Below, piece after piece: positions 1-8,101 of a stretch of DNA of 38,516 nt (position 1 is its first letter; each line of letters opens with the position of its first letter). The stretch is from a candidate division WOR-3 bacterium (lineage in GTDB: Bacteria > Hydrothermota > Tepidihabitantia > B3-TA06 > JALVRC01), in contig JALVRC010000083.1 in assembly GCA_027025255.1 (NCBI GenBank), positions 1 through 38,516 of the forward strand. Reading direction: 5' to 3'. The position numbers and the translations under genes were made by a program. The notes under the pieces were generated by a model. It was not told where the DNA came from. It did not search any database and worked only from the letters and a program-made list of their open reading frames with translations.

Positions 1-1
1 T

Positions 2-367
2 AAATTCTATTTCTATATTAAAAAACACAGTATCTTTATAGTATCAAAAGAAGCGGGTCTTTGTGATATAAAAACACATATAGAAAGAAGAGGTATAAGG
101 TTTATAAGAATATATAGAAAAGGCTGGAAACCTACTACTGCAGGCTTTAGTGTAATTTCGCCTTATATAAAAAAGAATAAAGTTTTGCTTGAACAGGATA
201 AAGCAGATGCTTTTATAAAAGGTAAAGATATTATGGTAGAGGAAGAATATTCTCGCTTAGAAGGTTTTGTAGCGGTTTTTACTGATAATATTTATCTTGG
301 TATTGGTTCTATGAACAAAGGGAAGCTTCGTTCAAGGGTTGCCCTGTCAAGGAGGATTAATGGATAA
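2..367 (+). CDS. 3' fragment (C-terminus) of an RsmF/NOL1-NOP2-Sun-type RNA m5C methyltransferase, PUA-like C-terminal domain. The gene starts upstream of the window.
   Basis: Frame 2 is open from nt 2 to the TAA at 365-367, so the 185..367 track ORF is only its tail. The translation ...RGIRFIRIYRKGWKPTTAGF...LLEQDKADAFIKGKDIMVEEE...GFVAVFTDNIYLGIGSMNKGKLRSRV resembles the RsmF C-terminal/PUA-like pattern (l.l..eea..yl.G..l.....G.v.v....LG.Gk...g.lk). Recognition is from memory only. Confidence 0.45.
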   Translation, partial: KFYFYIKKHSIFIVSKEAGLCDIKTHIERRGIRFIRIYRKGWKPTTAGFSVISPYIKKNKVLLEQDKADAFIKGKDIMVEEEYSRLEGFVAVFTDNIYLGIGSMNKGKLRSRVALSRRING

Positions 368-1721
368 AAGAGTAATAATAGTTGGTGCTGGACCTGCAGG
401 ACTTGGTGCTGGTTATGAGTTGAGTAAGTTAGGGCATAAGAACTTTATGATTTATGAAAAGAAAACATTTCCCGGAGGGATATCAACAAGTTATAAAGAC
501 AGCAAGGGTTTTATATGGGATGTGGGTGGTCATGTTCTTTTCTCTCATTATTCTTATTTTGATAATATAATTAAGGATTTATATAATGATAACGCTTTAA
601 ATTCAATTGTGCGAAGTGCGTATGTTTTTCTTGATGGGAATTTTATTCCCTATCCTTTCCAGTATAATATTAGATATCTTTCCAGAGAGAAAGTTGCTAA
701 GATTGTAGATGAACTATTCCAAAAAACAACAAAAGAGATAAAGAATTTTGAAGATTGGTTGGAAGCTTCTTTTGGAAGAGAACTCAGTGAAATATTCATG
801 TTCCCATACAATTATAAGGTATGGGCTTATCCTCCTTCTAAAATGGGATATCAATGGGTTGGAGAAAGAGTTGCTACTGTTGATTTAAGAAGGCTTTTGA
901 AAAATATTATTACTGAGAAGGACGATATTGGATGGGGGCCTAATGCAAGATTTATTTTTCCGAAGAATAATGGTACAGGAGACATATTTAATCGTATAGC
1001 CAATACAGTTTCGGAAAATATTGTATATAATAAAGAGATTGTAACTATTAGCGGTCATAATATATTCTTTAGAGATGGTAAAGAGGAGAGGTTTGATTAT
1101 TTAATATCAACAATGCCAATTAATCATTTAATTGATAGAGTAATAGATGCCCCAGTTGAGCTTAAGAAGAAGTCCAGGAGATTACTTTATAACCAGGTAC
1201 ATGTTTTTGGCATTGGGATTAAAGGAGAGTTACCTCAAAGGCTAAAGGATATATGCTGGATGTATTTCCCTCAAAGGGATGTACCATTTTACAGGCTTAC
1301 TGTTTTTACAAATTACTCGAAAAATAATGCACCAGACGGTCATTATTCACTTATGGTTGAGGTTTCTGAATCAACTGAGAAAAGGATTGTTAATGATGTT
1401 GGTGGTAAGATAGTTAATATTTTAAAAGATATAGGGTTTGTAAGTGGTGAAATCGTTGATATATGGCATCATGTAGAATCCCAAGCATATCCTATCCCAA
1501 GCGTAGATAGGGATGATATATTACAGGAATTAAGGGCATTTTTAGAGAAAAGGAATATACTTTCAAGAGGACGTTTAGGTGGATGGCAATATGAAGTAGG
1601 GAATATGGATCATTCCTTTATGCAAGGAGTTGAGAGTGCCAGGAGAATAGTTTTAAATGAAACAGAAGTCACATTGTTTAATCCATCTCATGTGAACGCA
1701 AATATCTTTAAAAGGAGGTAG
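360..1721 (+). CDS. glf: UDP-galactopyranose mutase, eukaryote-like long form (FAD-dependent)
   Basis: Rossmann motif VIIVGAGPAGLGAG. There are strings of near-identity to fungal/protozoan UGM as I recall it: DVGGHVLFSHYSYFD, PYNYKVWAYP, GERVA, GWGPNARFIFP, CWMYFPQRDVPFYRLTVFTNYS, SRGRLGGWQYEVGNMDHSFMQGVES. I prefer the ATG at 360 (GGAGGA at 351-356) to the TTG at 339 given in the track. Confidence 0.8.
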   Translation: MDKRVIIVGAGPAGLGAGYELSKLGHKNFMIYEKKTFPGGISTSYKDSKGFIWDVGGHVLFSHYSYFDNIIKDLYNDNALNSIVRSAYVFLDGNFIPYPFQYNIRYLSREKVAKIVDELFQKTTKEIKNFEDWLEASFGRELSEIFMFPYNYKVWAYPPSKMGYQWVGERVATVDLRRLLKNIITEKDDIGWGPNARFIFPKNNGTGDIFNRIANTVSENIVYNKEIVTISGHNIFFRDGKEERFDYLISTMPINHLIDRVIDAPVELKKKSRRLLYNQVHVFGIGIKGELPQRLKDICWMYFPQRDVPFYRLTVFTNYSKNNAPDGHYSLMVEVSESTEKRIVNDVGGKIVNILKDIGFVSGEIVDIWHHVESQAYPIPSVDRDDILQELRAFLEKRNILSRGRLGGWQYEVGNMDHSFMQGVESARRIVLNETEVTLFNPSHVNANIFKRR

Positions 1722-1722
1722 G

Positions 1723-2904
1723 GTGCAAACCGTAGTTCTCATATTTATATTACTTTCTGTAATTGGTTTGATTGTTAATATTGTTTTATTTATAAATATG
1801 TTTTTGTTTAAGCTAATACCTCATAAGTATGAAAAGATAAAGAATTTTACACCTTCTATAACTATACTTAAACCAGTCAGGGGATTACACAAGGGAGACG
1901 AGGAGAACTTCCGTACGTTTTTTGAATTGGATTATCCGAAGTATGAGATTATTTTTCTTTCGCATATTGATGCAAAGGATGATCCGGTTCTAAAGGTTAT
2001 AGAACGACTGATAAAACATTATCCGAATGTTGATGCAAAGATAGAAAGAGTGGAGGAAAGGTATGCTGTACATGAAAAGGTGAACAATTATATTCATGGA
2101 TTACGTATTGCAAAGTATGATTATATTTTGATAAGTGATGCAGATGTATATGTTAAAAAGGATTATCTTAAAGAGCATGTTAAACCTTTATCCCAAGATG
2201 CTATAGGGGTTGTAACATCGGTTCAGACAATGAATGATTTTTCATCTATTGGTACTGCTTTTGAAGGTCTTGGTATGAATGCTGATTTTCCTGCTGCTTA
2301 TACCTTTGCTTATAATTTTGGTTTTATTGATTTTGTTTCAGGGCATTCAGTTATGTTTAGAAAGGAGGTTTTTAAGAAGAGTAATGTCATAGAAGAGGTT
2401 AAGGATCATCTTATTGATGATCAGGGTATTGGTTATGCAGTAAGACACTATGGTGGATACAGAATTGAATTACCGAGATATGTTGTCCCGACGCGCTATC
2501 CGAAAGCCAGTCTTAAACAAACGATGAATCATATTCTAAGATGGGCAAGATTTCAGCGTTCTTATGCAAAGAGGGGGGTCTATATATTTACATTGTTTTA
2601 TTATCCTGCTTTATGGAATATTTTAGGAGTTATTTCAGGCTTGATTTATAACAATGGATGGATTTATTGGGGAGTTCCTCTGTTGATTTTTGTGTTAAGA
2701 AACATCTTTGTTGTCACAGGGAATCTTTTGTACGGTAACAAACCACGTGATTTAATATATGCATGGCTTATACCATTAAGAGAATTTTTTATGCCGTTTT
2801 CCGTTATCTATTCATTTTTTCTTAATAGGTTTTCTCATGCTGGCATAACCTATATTGTTAATGGTACAAGAATGAAACGAGTGGCAGATGAGGGTAAAAA
2901 TTAA
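1723..2904 (+). CDS. Membrane GT-A glycosyltransferase, GT21 ceramide-glucosyltransferase / HpnI-like
   Basis: N-terminal TM helix, ITILKPVRG start of the GT domain, ISDADVYV (DxD), DDQGIG, ILRWARFQR (Q/RxxRW-like) and several C-terminal TM helices. GTG start 4 nt after AAGGAGG (1712-1718). Confidence 0.75.
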   Translation: MQTVVLIFILLSVIGLIVNIVLFINMFLFKLIPHKYEKIKNFTPSITILKPVRGLHKGDEENFRTFFELDYPKYEIIFLSHIDAKDDPVLKVIERLIKHYPNVDAKIERVEERYAVHEKVNNYIHGLRIAKYDYILISDADVYVKKDYLKEHVKPLSQDAIGVVTSVQTMNDFSSIGTAFEGLGMNADFPAAYTFAYNFGFIDFVSGHSVMFRKEVFKKSNVIEEVKDHLIDDQGIGYAVRHYGGYRIELPRYVVPTRYPKASLKQTMNHILRWARFQRSYAKRGVYIFTLFYYPALWNILGVISGLIYNNGWIYWGVPLLIFVLRNIFVVTGNLLYGNKPRDLIYAWLIPLREFFMPFSVIYSFFLNRFSHAGITYIVNGTRMKRVADEGKN

Positions 2905-2918
2905 TGGTTGTAAAATAC

Positions 2919-2946
2919 TTGACATTACTAATAATATGTTTATAAT
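2919..2946 (+). promoter_or_regulatory. Sigma-70 consensus promoter (TTGACA-16 nt-TATAAT) for the exbB locus
   Basis: TTGACA at 2919-2924, 16-nt spacer, TATAAT at 2941-2946. AGGAGG at 2958-2963 precedes the ATG at 2970. Confidence 0.6.
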
Positions 2947-2969
2947 AAAAATAAAATAGGAGGAAATAT

Positions 2970-3590
2970 ATGATAGAACTCTTTGTAAAAGGCGGAGATA
3001 TGATGTGGGGTTTGCTTGCTATAGCAATCCTTGCACTTGTATTTATTATTGAAAGAGCAATCACATTAATTATTAAGGCACGTCTTAATCCTATGACATT
3101 TGTAAACGATTTAAAGGCAACAATTGATGCGGACGGTATTGATGGAGGATTGAAACTCTGCAATGAGACACCTCAACCTGTTGCGAAAATCCTTGCCGCT
3201 GGCCTTGAGAAGGTTTCCTTAGGAAAAGAAGTTGTTGAGGAGAATATCGCAGCGAAAGCTTCTGTAGAGCTTTCATTCTTAGACAGAGGTATGATCTGGA
3301 TAGCTATGAGTTCATCATTAGCTCCGATATTAGGATTTTTAGGTACAGTAACAGGTATGATTAGAGCATTTGAAGGTATTGCTAAGGCTGGTGAAGTGGA
3401 GCCTACAGTCGTTGCTGGTGGTATATCTGAGGCTTTAATCACTACAGCTACAGGTCTTCTTATTGCTGCTCCAGTTGTTTTCTTCCATACCCTTTATTCA
3501 GCTATTATTGATAGATATTCAAGGGATATGGAACAGGCTTCTTCTCTCCTTGTGGATTATTTATTAGAGAAGGGTCTTATTAAAGGATAG
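2970..3590 (+). CDS. exbB: MotA/TolQ/ExbB proton-channel protein
   Basis: Three-TM topology with the conserved C-terminal half ...LGFLGTVTGMIRAFEGIA...GGISEALITTATGLLIAAPVVFF typical of ExbB/TolQ. It is followed by exbD genes and tonB. Confidence 0.9.
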   Translation: MIELFVKGGDMMWGLLAIAILALVFIIERAITLIIKARLNPMTFVNDLKATIDADGIDGGLKLCNETPQPVAKILAAGLEKVSLGKEVVEENIAAKASVELSFLDRGMIWIAMSSSLAPILGFLGTVTGMIRAFEGIAKAGEVEPTVVAGGISEALITTATGLLIAAPVVFFHTLYSAIIDRYSRDMEQASSLLVDYLLEKGLIKG

Positions 3591-3592
3591 AT

Positions 3593-4012
3593 ATGCTTAC
3601 TTTTAGAAAAAAGAAAAAATCTTCTCCGGACATTCCTACCGCTTCAATGGCTGATATTGCTTTCCTTTTAATCGTTTTCTTTATGACAGCTACAATCTTC
3701 TCAAGAGAAAAGGGACTAAAAATGCTTTTGCCAGAAAAGGGTGAACAGAAGAAAATAAGGAAAGAAAATATTATGGAGATTCTTGTAAACCCTTATGGAG
3801 ACGTATTAATTGAAGATAGAAAGATGAAGATTGAACAGGTTAGAGATAAAGTAGAGAAAGCAATTGCAGACAACGAATCTCTGTCTATTGCCTTAAAGGT
3901 ATCTAAGAATGCTCCTTATAGAGTCATGATTGATGTCTTAGATGAGTTGAAACTTTCCCATGCTCAAAGAATAAGTCTTGTTCCTATTGAGGAAGTAGGA
4001 GGTGGGGAATGA
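3593..4012 (+). CDS. exbD: ExbD/TolR biopolymer transport protein (paralog 1)
   Basis: N-terminal PDIPTASMADIAFLLIVFFM signature and single TM, about 140 aa. Starts 2 nt after exbB. Confidence 0.9.
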   Translation: MLTFRKKKKSSPDIPTASMADIAFLLIVFFMTATIFSREKGLKMLLPEKGEQKKIRKENIMEILVNPYGDVLIEDRKMKIEQVRDKVEKAIADNESLSIALKVSKNAPYRVMIDVLDELKLSHAQRISLVPIEEVGGGE

Positions 4013-4416
4013 AAATAGCGAGAAGAAGTAGGTTTAAAGTAGAAATACCTACTGCATCTACCTCGGACATAGCATTTCTTCTAATCCTATTTTTTATGGT
4101 TTCAACTGTTTTTAGAACAGAGCAAGGTATACATATCAATCTTCCAAAGGCTAAATCCACTGAGCGTATCAGGTTAAGAAGAAATACAGTTAATGTCTGG
4201 GTAGATAATGACGGATTTATAACTGTCCAGGATAAAAGGATTAGTTTAGCGCAGCTTGGTTATTTTTTGCAAAATCAACTTGCTGCAAATCCTGATTTAA
4301 TTGTGCTTTTACGGGCAGATAAAGAGGCGAAATACGGTGTAGTTAATAAGATTGTTGAGAAAATGAAGGCAGTAAAGGCATTAAGGCTTGTCTTTGCTAC
4401 TGATTTTGAAGAGTAA
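4009..4416 (+). CDS. exbD: ExbD/TolR biopolymer transport protein (paralog 2)
   Basis: EIPTASTSDIAFLLILFFMV signature. ATGA 4-nt start/stop overlap with the preceding exbD. Confidence 0.9.
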   Translation: MKIARRSRFKVEIPTASTSDIAFLLILFFMVSTVFRTEQGIHINLPKAKSTERIRLRRNTVNVWVDNDGFITVQDKRISLAQLGYFLQNQLAANPDLIVLLRADKEAKYGVVNKIVEKMKAVKALRLVFATDFEE

Positions 4417-4427
4417 GGAGGTGTGAG

Positions 4428-5048
4428 ATGCAGTATGTAATTAAGGATATAAAGAACGAATACGGCATAAATTTGAGAATAGCTACTGTTATTGCATTAC
4501 TGATTATAATTCTTATTTTTGTTTTAAGTCCTAATAAGATTCAGGTACAGGAAATAAAACCTCATAAACAGACAGAGATTATTTCAGAAGATTTACCTCC
4601 TGAACTTGAACAAATAGCACAGCCTCCTCCTGAAGAAAAGGTTGCTGTTCCTGTAGCTGCTGAGAATGAAGAAGAAGCAGAGGCGGCAACAATGGCAGAA
4701 ACAGAATTTGCAGAAATATATCAAAAACCTGAAGAAAGTGTTGAGGTTCCTATTGTCCCTTACTTTAAGGTTGAGGTAAAACCCAAATTAAAGTATAAAC
4801 CATCTGCGAAATATCCTGATATTGCAAAAGAAGCAGGAGTAGAGGGTAAAGTTATTGTAAATGTGCTTGTTGAAACCGATGGGCATGTGAGCGAAGCAAA
4901 GGTGGTTAAATCGAGTGGTGATAGGAATTTAGATGCAGCCGCACTTGAGGCGGCAAGAAAAGCAACCTTTACGCCAGCAAAACAGAGGGATAAATTTGTT
5001 CGTGTTTGGGTTGCAATCCCGTTTGATTTTGTTTTAGAAGAGGAATAA
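4428..5048 (+). CDS. tonB: TonB family energy transducer
   Basis: N-terminal TM anchor, Pro/Glu-rich linker (PPELEQIAQPPPEEKVAVP...) and C-terminal TonB domain (YPDIAKEAGVEGKVIVNVLVETDGHVSEAKVVKSSGDRNLDAAALEAARKATFTPA). Confidence 0.85.
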   Translation: MQYVIKDIKNEYGINLRIATVIALLIIILIFVLSPNKIQVQEIKPHKQTEIISEDLPPELEQIAQPPPEEKVAVPVAAENEEEAEAATMAETEFAEIYQKPEESVEVPIVPYFKVEVKPKLKYKPSAKYPDIAKEAGVEGKVIVNVLVETDGHVSEAKVVKSSGDRNLDAAALEAARKATFTPAKQRDKFVRVWVAIPFDFVLEEE

Positions 5049-5062
5049 ATTAAGGAGGTAAG

Positions 5063-8000
5063 ATGAGAATAAACGTAAGAGCTTTTCTCTTTTTATTCTT
5101 AATCCCAGTTTTTATTTTTGCTGGTATTACGGGTAAAATAGCAGGAAGAGTGATAGATGCTTCTACTGGAGAGCCTCTACCTATGGTTAATGTTATTGTT
5201 GTAGGTTCGGAGATGGGAGCAGCAACAGGAATGGATGGTAGATACTATATTATTAATGTTCCTGTTGGTACATATACTTTGGAAGCTTCCATGGTGGGTT
5301 ATCAGACTGTAAGAATAAGCAATGTTAAAGTTGTTCAGGATATGACAACCCACATTAATTTTAAGCTTTCTCCAGAAGCTATTAAAACCAAAGTAGTAAA
5401 GGTAACAGCAAAGCGTTCTATGGTGCAGAAGGATGTTACTGCATCCATGTCCAGGATTAGTAAGAGAGACATAGAACGTAGGGCTGTAAGTGATTTTACG
5501 GATATAGTTGCCCAGCAGGCAGGAACTGTTGAAACAAAGGGAAGAGCCTCTTCCGGGCTTCATATCAGAGGTGGCCGTTCCAATGAGGTTATGTATGTTG
5601 TTGATGGCGTAAATGTCAACGATCCTGTTTATGGAACAAGTGGTATTCAGCTTGATAACGCTGCTATAGCAGAGATGCTTGTTGTAAGTGGTGGTTTCAA
5701 CGCTGAGTATGGTAATGCTATGTCCGGTATAGTTAACATTGTTACCAAAGAGGGAGGGAAAAGACTCTCCGGCTCTATTTACTATGACACTGACGAGCCA
5801 ATGCGATTGGGAGAAGTACTTTATAGAAATTTTATAGATACAACATACGAGCATCTTTATGGCTTTGGGCACGATAATATAAGTCTGACACTCGGTGGTC
5901 CCTTGTTTACCAGGATGCTTACATTTTTTGTATCAGGTAATATACTTGAGCATTTTGACAGATTGCCCCATGCTGAGTCGCACAGAAAGAGTGGCACTGG
6001 TAAGCTTGCATTTAAGCCATTTAGAGGATTTAAGCTTACTGTAAGCGCTAATTATTCTCAGTCCTGGTGGATAAGCTATGATCATTATCGTTCACTCGGT
6101 ACATGGTGGCAGGATTGGCCAATGAGTATAAGGGATAATTATCAATTAAATATGCAAATAAGGCATCAGATATTGCATTCAACATTTTATTCAGTAAATG
6201 TAGGTACGTTTAGTACGCATTTTCATAGGGCAGGAATGAGAGGAAAGGATTACAAGGACTGGAAAGAATTCGGAAGATTTATTCTTACCTGGCCAGGAGT
6301 AGCAAGGGATTCTTCCTGGTGGGATCAGGAAAACAGAACCTGGTCTGTCCCTCAGGAAGTACTTGATAGATACCATCTTGATACACTTCATCAGGATTCT
6401 GCTGCCTGGTTCTGGTTCTATGAGTATATGGCTGATAATGGGAATGGTTACGGAGAAATGACAGACGAGGGATGGAAATGGACAGGAAAGGATAAACTTA
6501 CCAAACTAAAACATCAAAGAGACGCATTGAATGCACGCTACTATGATGTTAACGAATGGGTCCTTGATGAACAGAATAAGAGACTTATATATCATGAGTT
6601 TGACCTGGAAAAGTATCTATCAGATGTTGATAAGTATAAAAGAGGAGAATTGGGAAAGGATAGTATAGAGTCAAGTGGTGATATGTACTATATACGTTAC
6701 AATTCAGATAGGTTTAGAAGGTTTGGCTATAATTTCTATCCTATCTGGCATGATAGACAGACAACAAAGTATTTTGTTTCATTTTCAATCACTTCTCAGG
6801 TGAACAAATTTAACCAAATGAAAACGGGAATAGACATAAACTATCATGATCTTACATTGAAAAATGTTGCATTTATTAATGAAAACCCCTATTCTGATAG
6901 TTATCATAAAACTCCTATTCTTGCTGCCGGATTCATTCAGGATAAGATTGAGTATGAGGATTTGACACTTAATCCAGGGATAAGGATTGATTATCTTGAT
7001 CCAAGGTCTGACTTTTATCTAAGGCTTGATAGCCTTGAGGCAGGTATGGCTCCTGCAAGCCCAAAGATTCAGATTTCACCGAGGTTTGGTATATCATTTT
7101 CTGTATCTGAGAAGTCTGTAATGTATGCCTCTTATGGCCATTTCTTCCAGCCAGTGGAGTTTGCAGAGATGTACCAGAATCTGCAGGCAGACGTTACAAC
7201 AGGTTATCCTCTTATTGGTAATCCTGATTTGCCTCCTAAAAAGACCATTGCTTATGAGATTGGATACAGACAGGCAATAACTGAAGATATTGCAACTGAA
7301 ATTGTTGCTTACTATAAGGATGTAACAAACCTTTTGGGGACGAGAAATGTAAATACACTTTACAGAACCCCGGAGGGTAAGTATGCCCTTGCCACATACA
7401 CAGTGTATAAACTTCAGGATTATGCTGTTATCAAAGGGGCTGATTTCAGTATAACAAAGAGATTTTCTCCATTCTTATCCGGTAATATAACCTATTCATA
7501 TCTGGATGCAAAGGGTACTGGTTCTTATGGAACTGAATTTTACTTTGTATACAGGACTTCAGGAGTTCCTCTTCCAAAGAAGGAGTATCCTCTTGATTTT
7601 GATATAACACATACTGTGAAGGGTAATGTTAATTTCTATCTTCCCGAGGGTATGCCTGTAAAGATTTTAAGCAATATCAATACCAATGTTACCTTTTCAA
7701 TCGCTTCTGGAGCTCCGTATACCCCGACAGATAGTAAGGGTAGACGTTTAACAGTTGGCTCAAAGCGTATGCCTCCGAGCTTTAATATGGATATGAGGGT
7801 TGAGAAGGCAATGAAAATAGGATTCTTAAATCTTTCTCTGTATACAGATATCAGGAATGTATTTAATGTAAGAAACTGGAATACAGTTTACTCCAATACT
7901 GGTCTTCCCAATGATAATGGGGGAGCACCCAAGCCTGACCCAAGTGCTTATTCAAGTTATGCATACTATGGATTTGATTCCTGGTACGACTACTGGAAGG

Positions 8001-8092
8001 CAGACTATGACAACTGGAAGAGGAAAATGGACAATCCTTATGTATTTTCCGATCCAAGAACAATCCGTGTTGGATTGAAAGTCAGATTTTAG
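5063..8092 (+). CDS. TonB-dependent outer-membrane receptor with N-terminal carboxypeptidase-regulatory-like domain (SusC/RagA-like architecture)
   Basis: Signal peptide, then a CarboxypepD_reg-like segment (GKIAGRVIDASTGEPLPMVNVIVVGS...GRYYIINVPVGTYTLEASMVGYQ). Plug motifs follow (GLHIRGGRSNEVMYVVDGVNVNDP, VVSGGFNAEYGNAMSGIVNIVTK), then a long beta-barrel ending in an aromatic residue (...RVGLKVRF). Confidence 0.9.
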   Translation: MRINVRAFLFLFLIPVFIFAGITGKIAGRVIDASTGEPLPMVNVIVVGSEMGAATGMDGRYYIINVPVGTYTLEASMVGYQTVRISNVKVVQDMTTHINFKLSPEAIKTKVVKVTAKRSMVQKDVTASMSRISKRDIERRAVSDFTDIVAQQAGTVETKGRASSGLHIRGGRSNEVMYVVDGVNVNDPVYGTSGIQLDNAAIAEMLVVSGGFNAEYGNAMSGIVNIVTKEGGKRLSGSIYYDTDEPMRLGEVLYRNFIDTTYEHLYGFGHDNISLTLGGPLFTRMLTFFVSGNILEHFDRLPHAESHRKSGTGKLAFKPFRGFKLTVSANYSQSWWISYDHYRSLGTWWQDWPMSIRDNYQLNMQIRHQILHSTFYSVNVGTFSTHFHRAGMRGKDYKDWKEFGRFILTWPGVARDSSWWDQENRTWSVPQEVLDRYHLDTLHQDSAAWFWFYEYMADNGNGYGEMTDEGWKWTGKDKLTKLKHQRDALNARYYDVNEWVLDEQNKRLIYHEFDLEKYLSDVDKYKRGELGKDSIESSGDMYYIRYNSDRFRRFGYNFYPIWHDRQTTKYFVSFSITSQVNKFNQMKTGIDINYHDLTLKNVAFINENPYSDSYHKTPILAAGFIQDKIEYEDLTLNPGIRIDYLDPRSDFYLRLDSLEAGMAPASPKIQISPRFGISFSVSEKSVMYASYGHFFQPVEFAEMYQNLQADVTTGYPLIGNPDLPPKKTIAYEIGYRQAITEDIATEIVAYYKDVTNLLGTRNVNTLYRTPEGKYALATYTVYKLQDYAVIKGADFSITKRFSPFLSGNITYSYLDAKGTGSYGTEFYFVYRTSGVPLPKKEYPLDFDITHTVKGNVNFYLPEGMPVKILSNINTNVTFSIASGAPYTPTDSKGRRLTVGSKRMPPSFNMDMRVEKAMKIGFLNLSLYTDIRNVFNVRNWNTVYSNTGLPNDNGGAPKPDPSAYSSYAYYGFDSWYDYWKADYDNWKRKMDNPYVFSDPRTIRVGLKVRF

Positions 8093-8101
8093 GAGGTAGG
8101 A

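Noticed and set aside
185-367. The 60-aa track ORF as a stand-alone small gene
   Set aside because: The same frame is open all the way from nt 2. The TTG 'start' is internal, so it is simply the tail of a gene that begins upstream of the window.
5177-5872. A 231-aa minus-strand ORF inside the TonB-dependent receptor gene. Similar antisense ORFs occur at 2858-3163, 3091-3276, 3173-3442, 6191-6391, 7863-8063, 9076-9372, 9628-9846, 10430-10759, 13152-13409, 16316-16555 and 17138-17431.
   Set aside because: These are shadow ORFs opposite well-supported genes. Their translations are low-complexity (Ile/Asn/Ser/Cys-rich), with no motifs and no SD.
5992-6010. A TGGCAC … TTGCA pair on the plus strand resembling a sigma-54 promoter
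   Set aside because: The spacer between TGGCAC and TTGCA is 8 nt rather than 5, so the GG/GC elements are out of register. The pair also lies inside the receptor coding sequence and points at nothing new.
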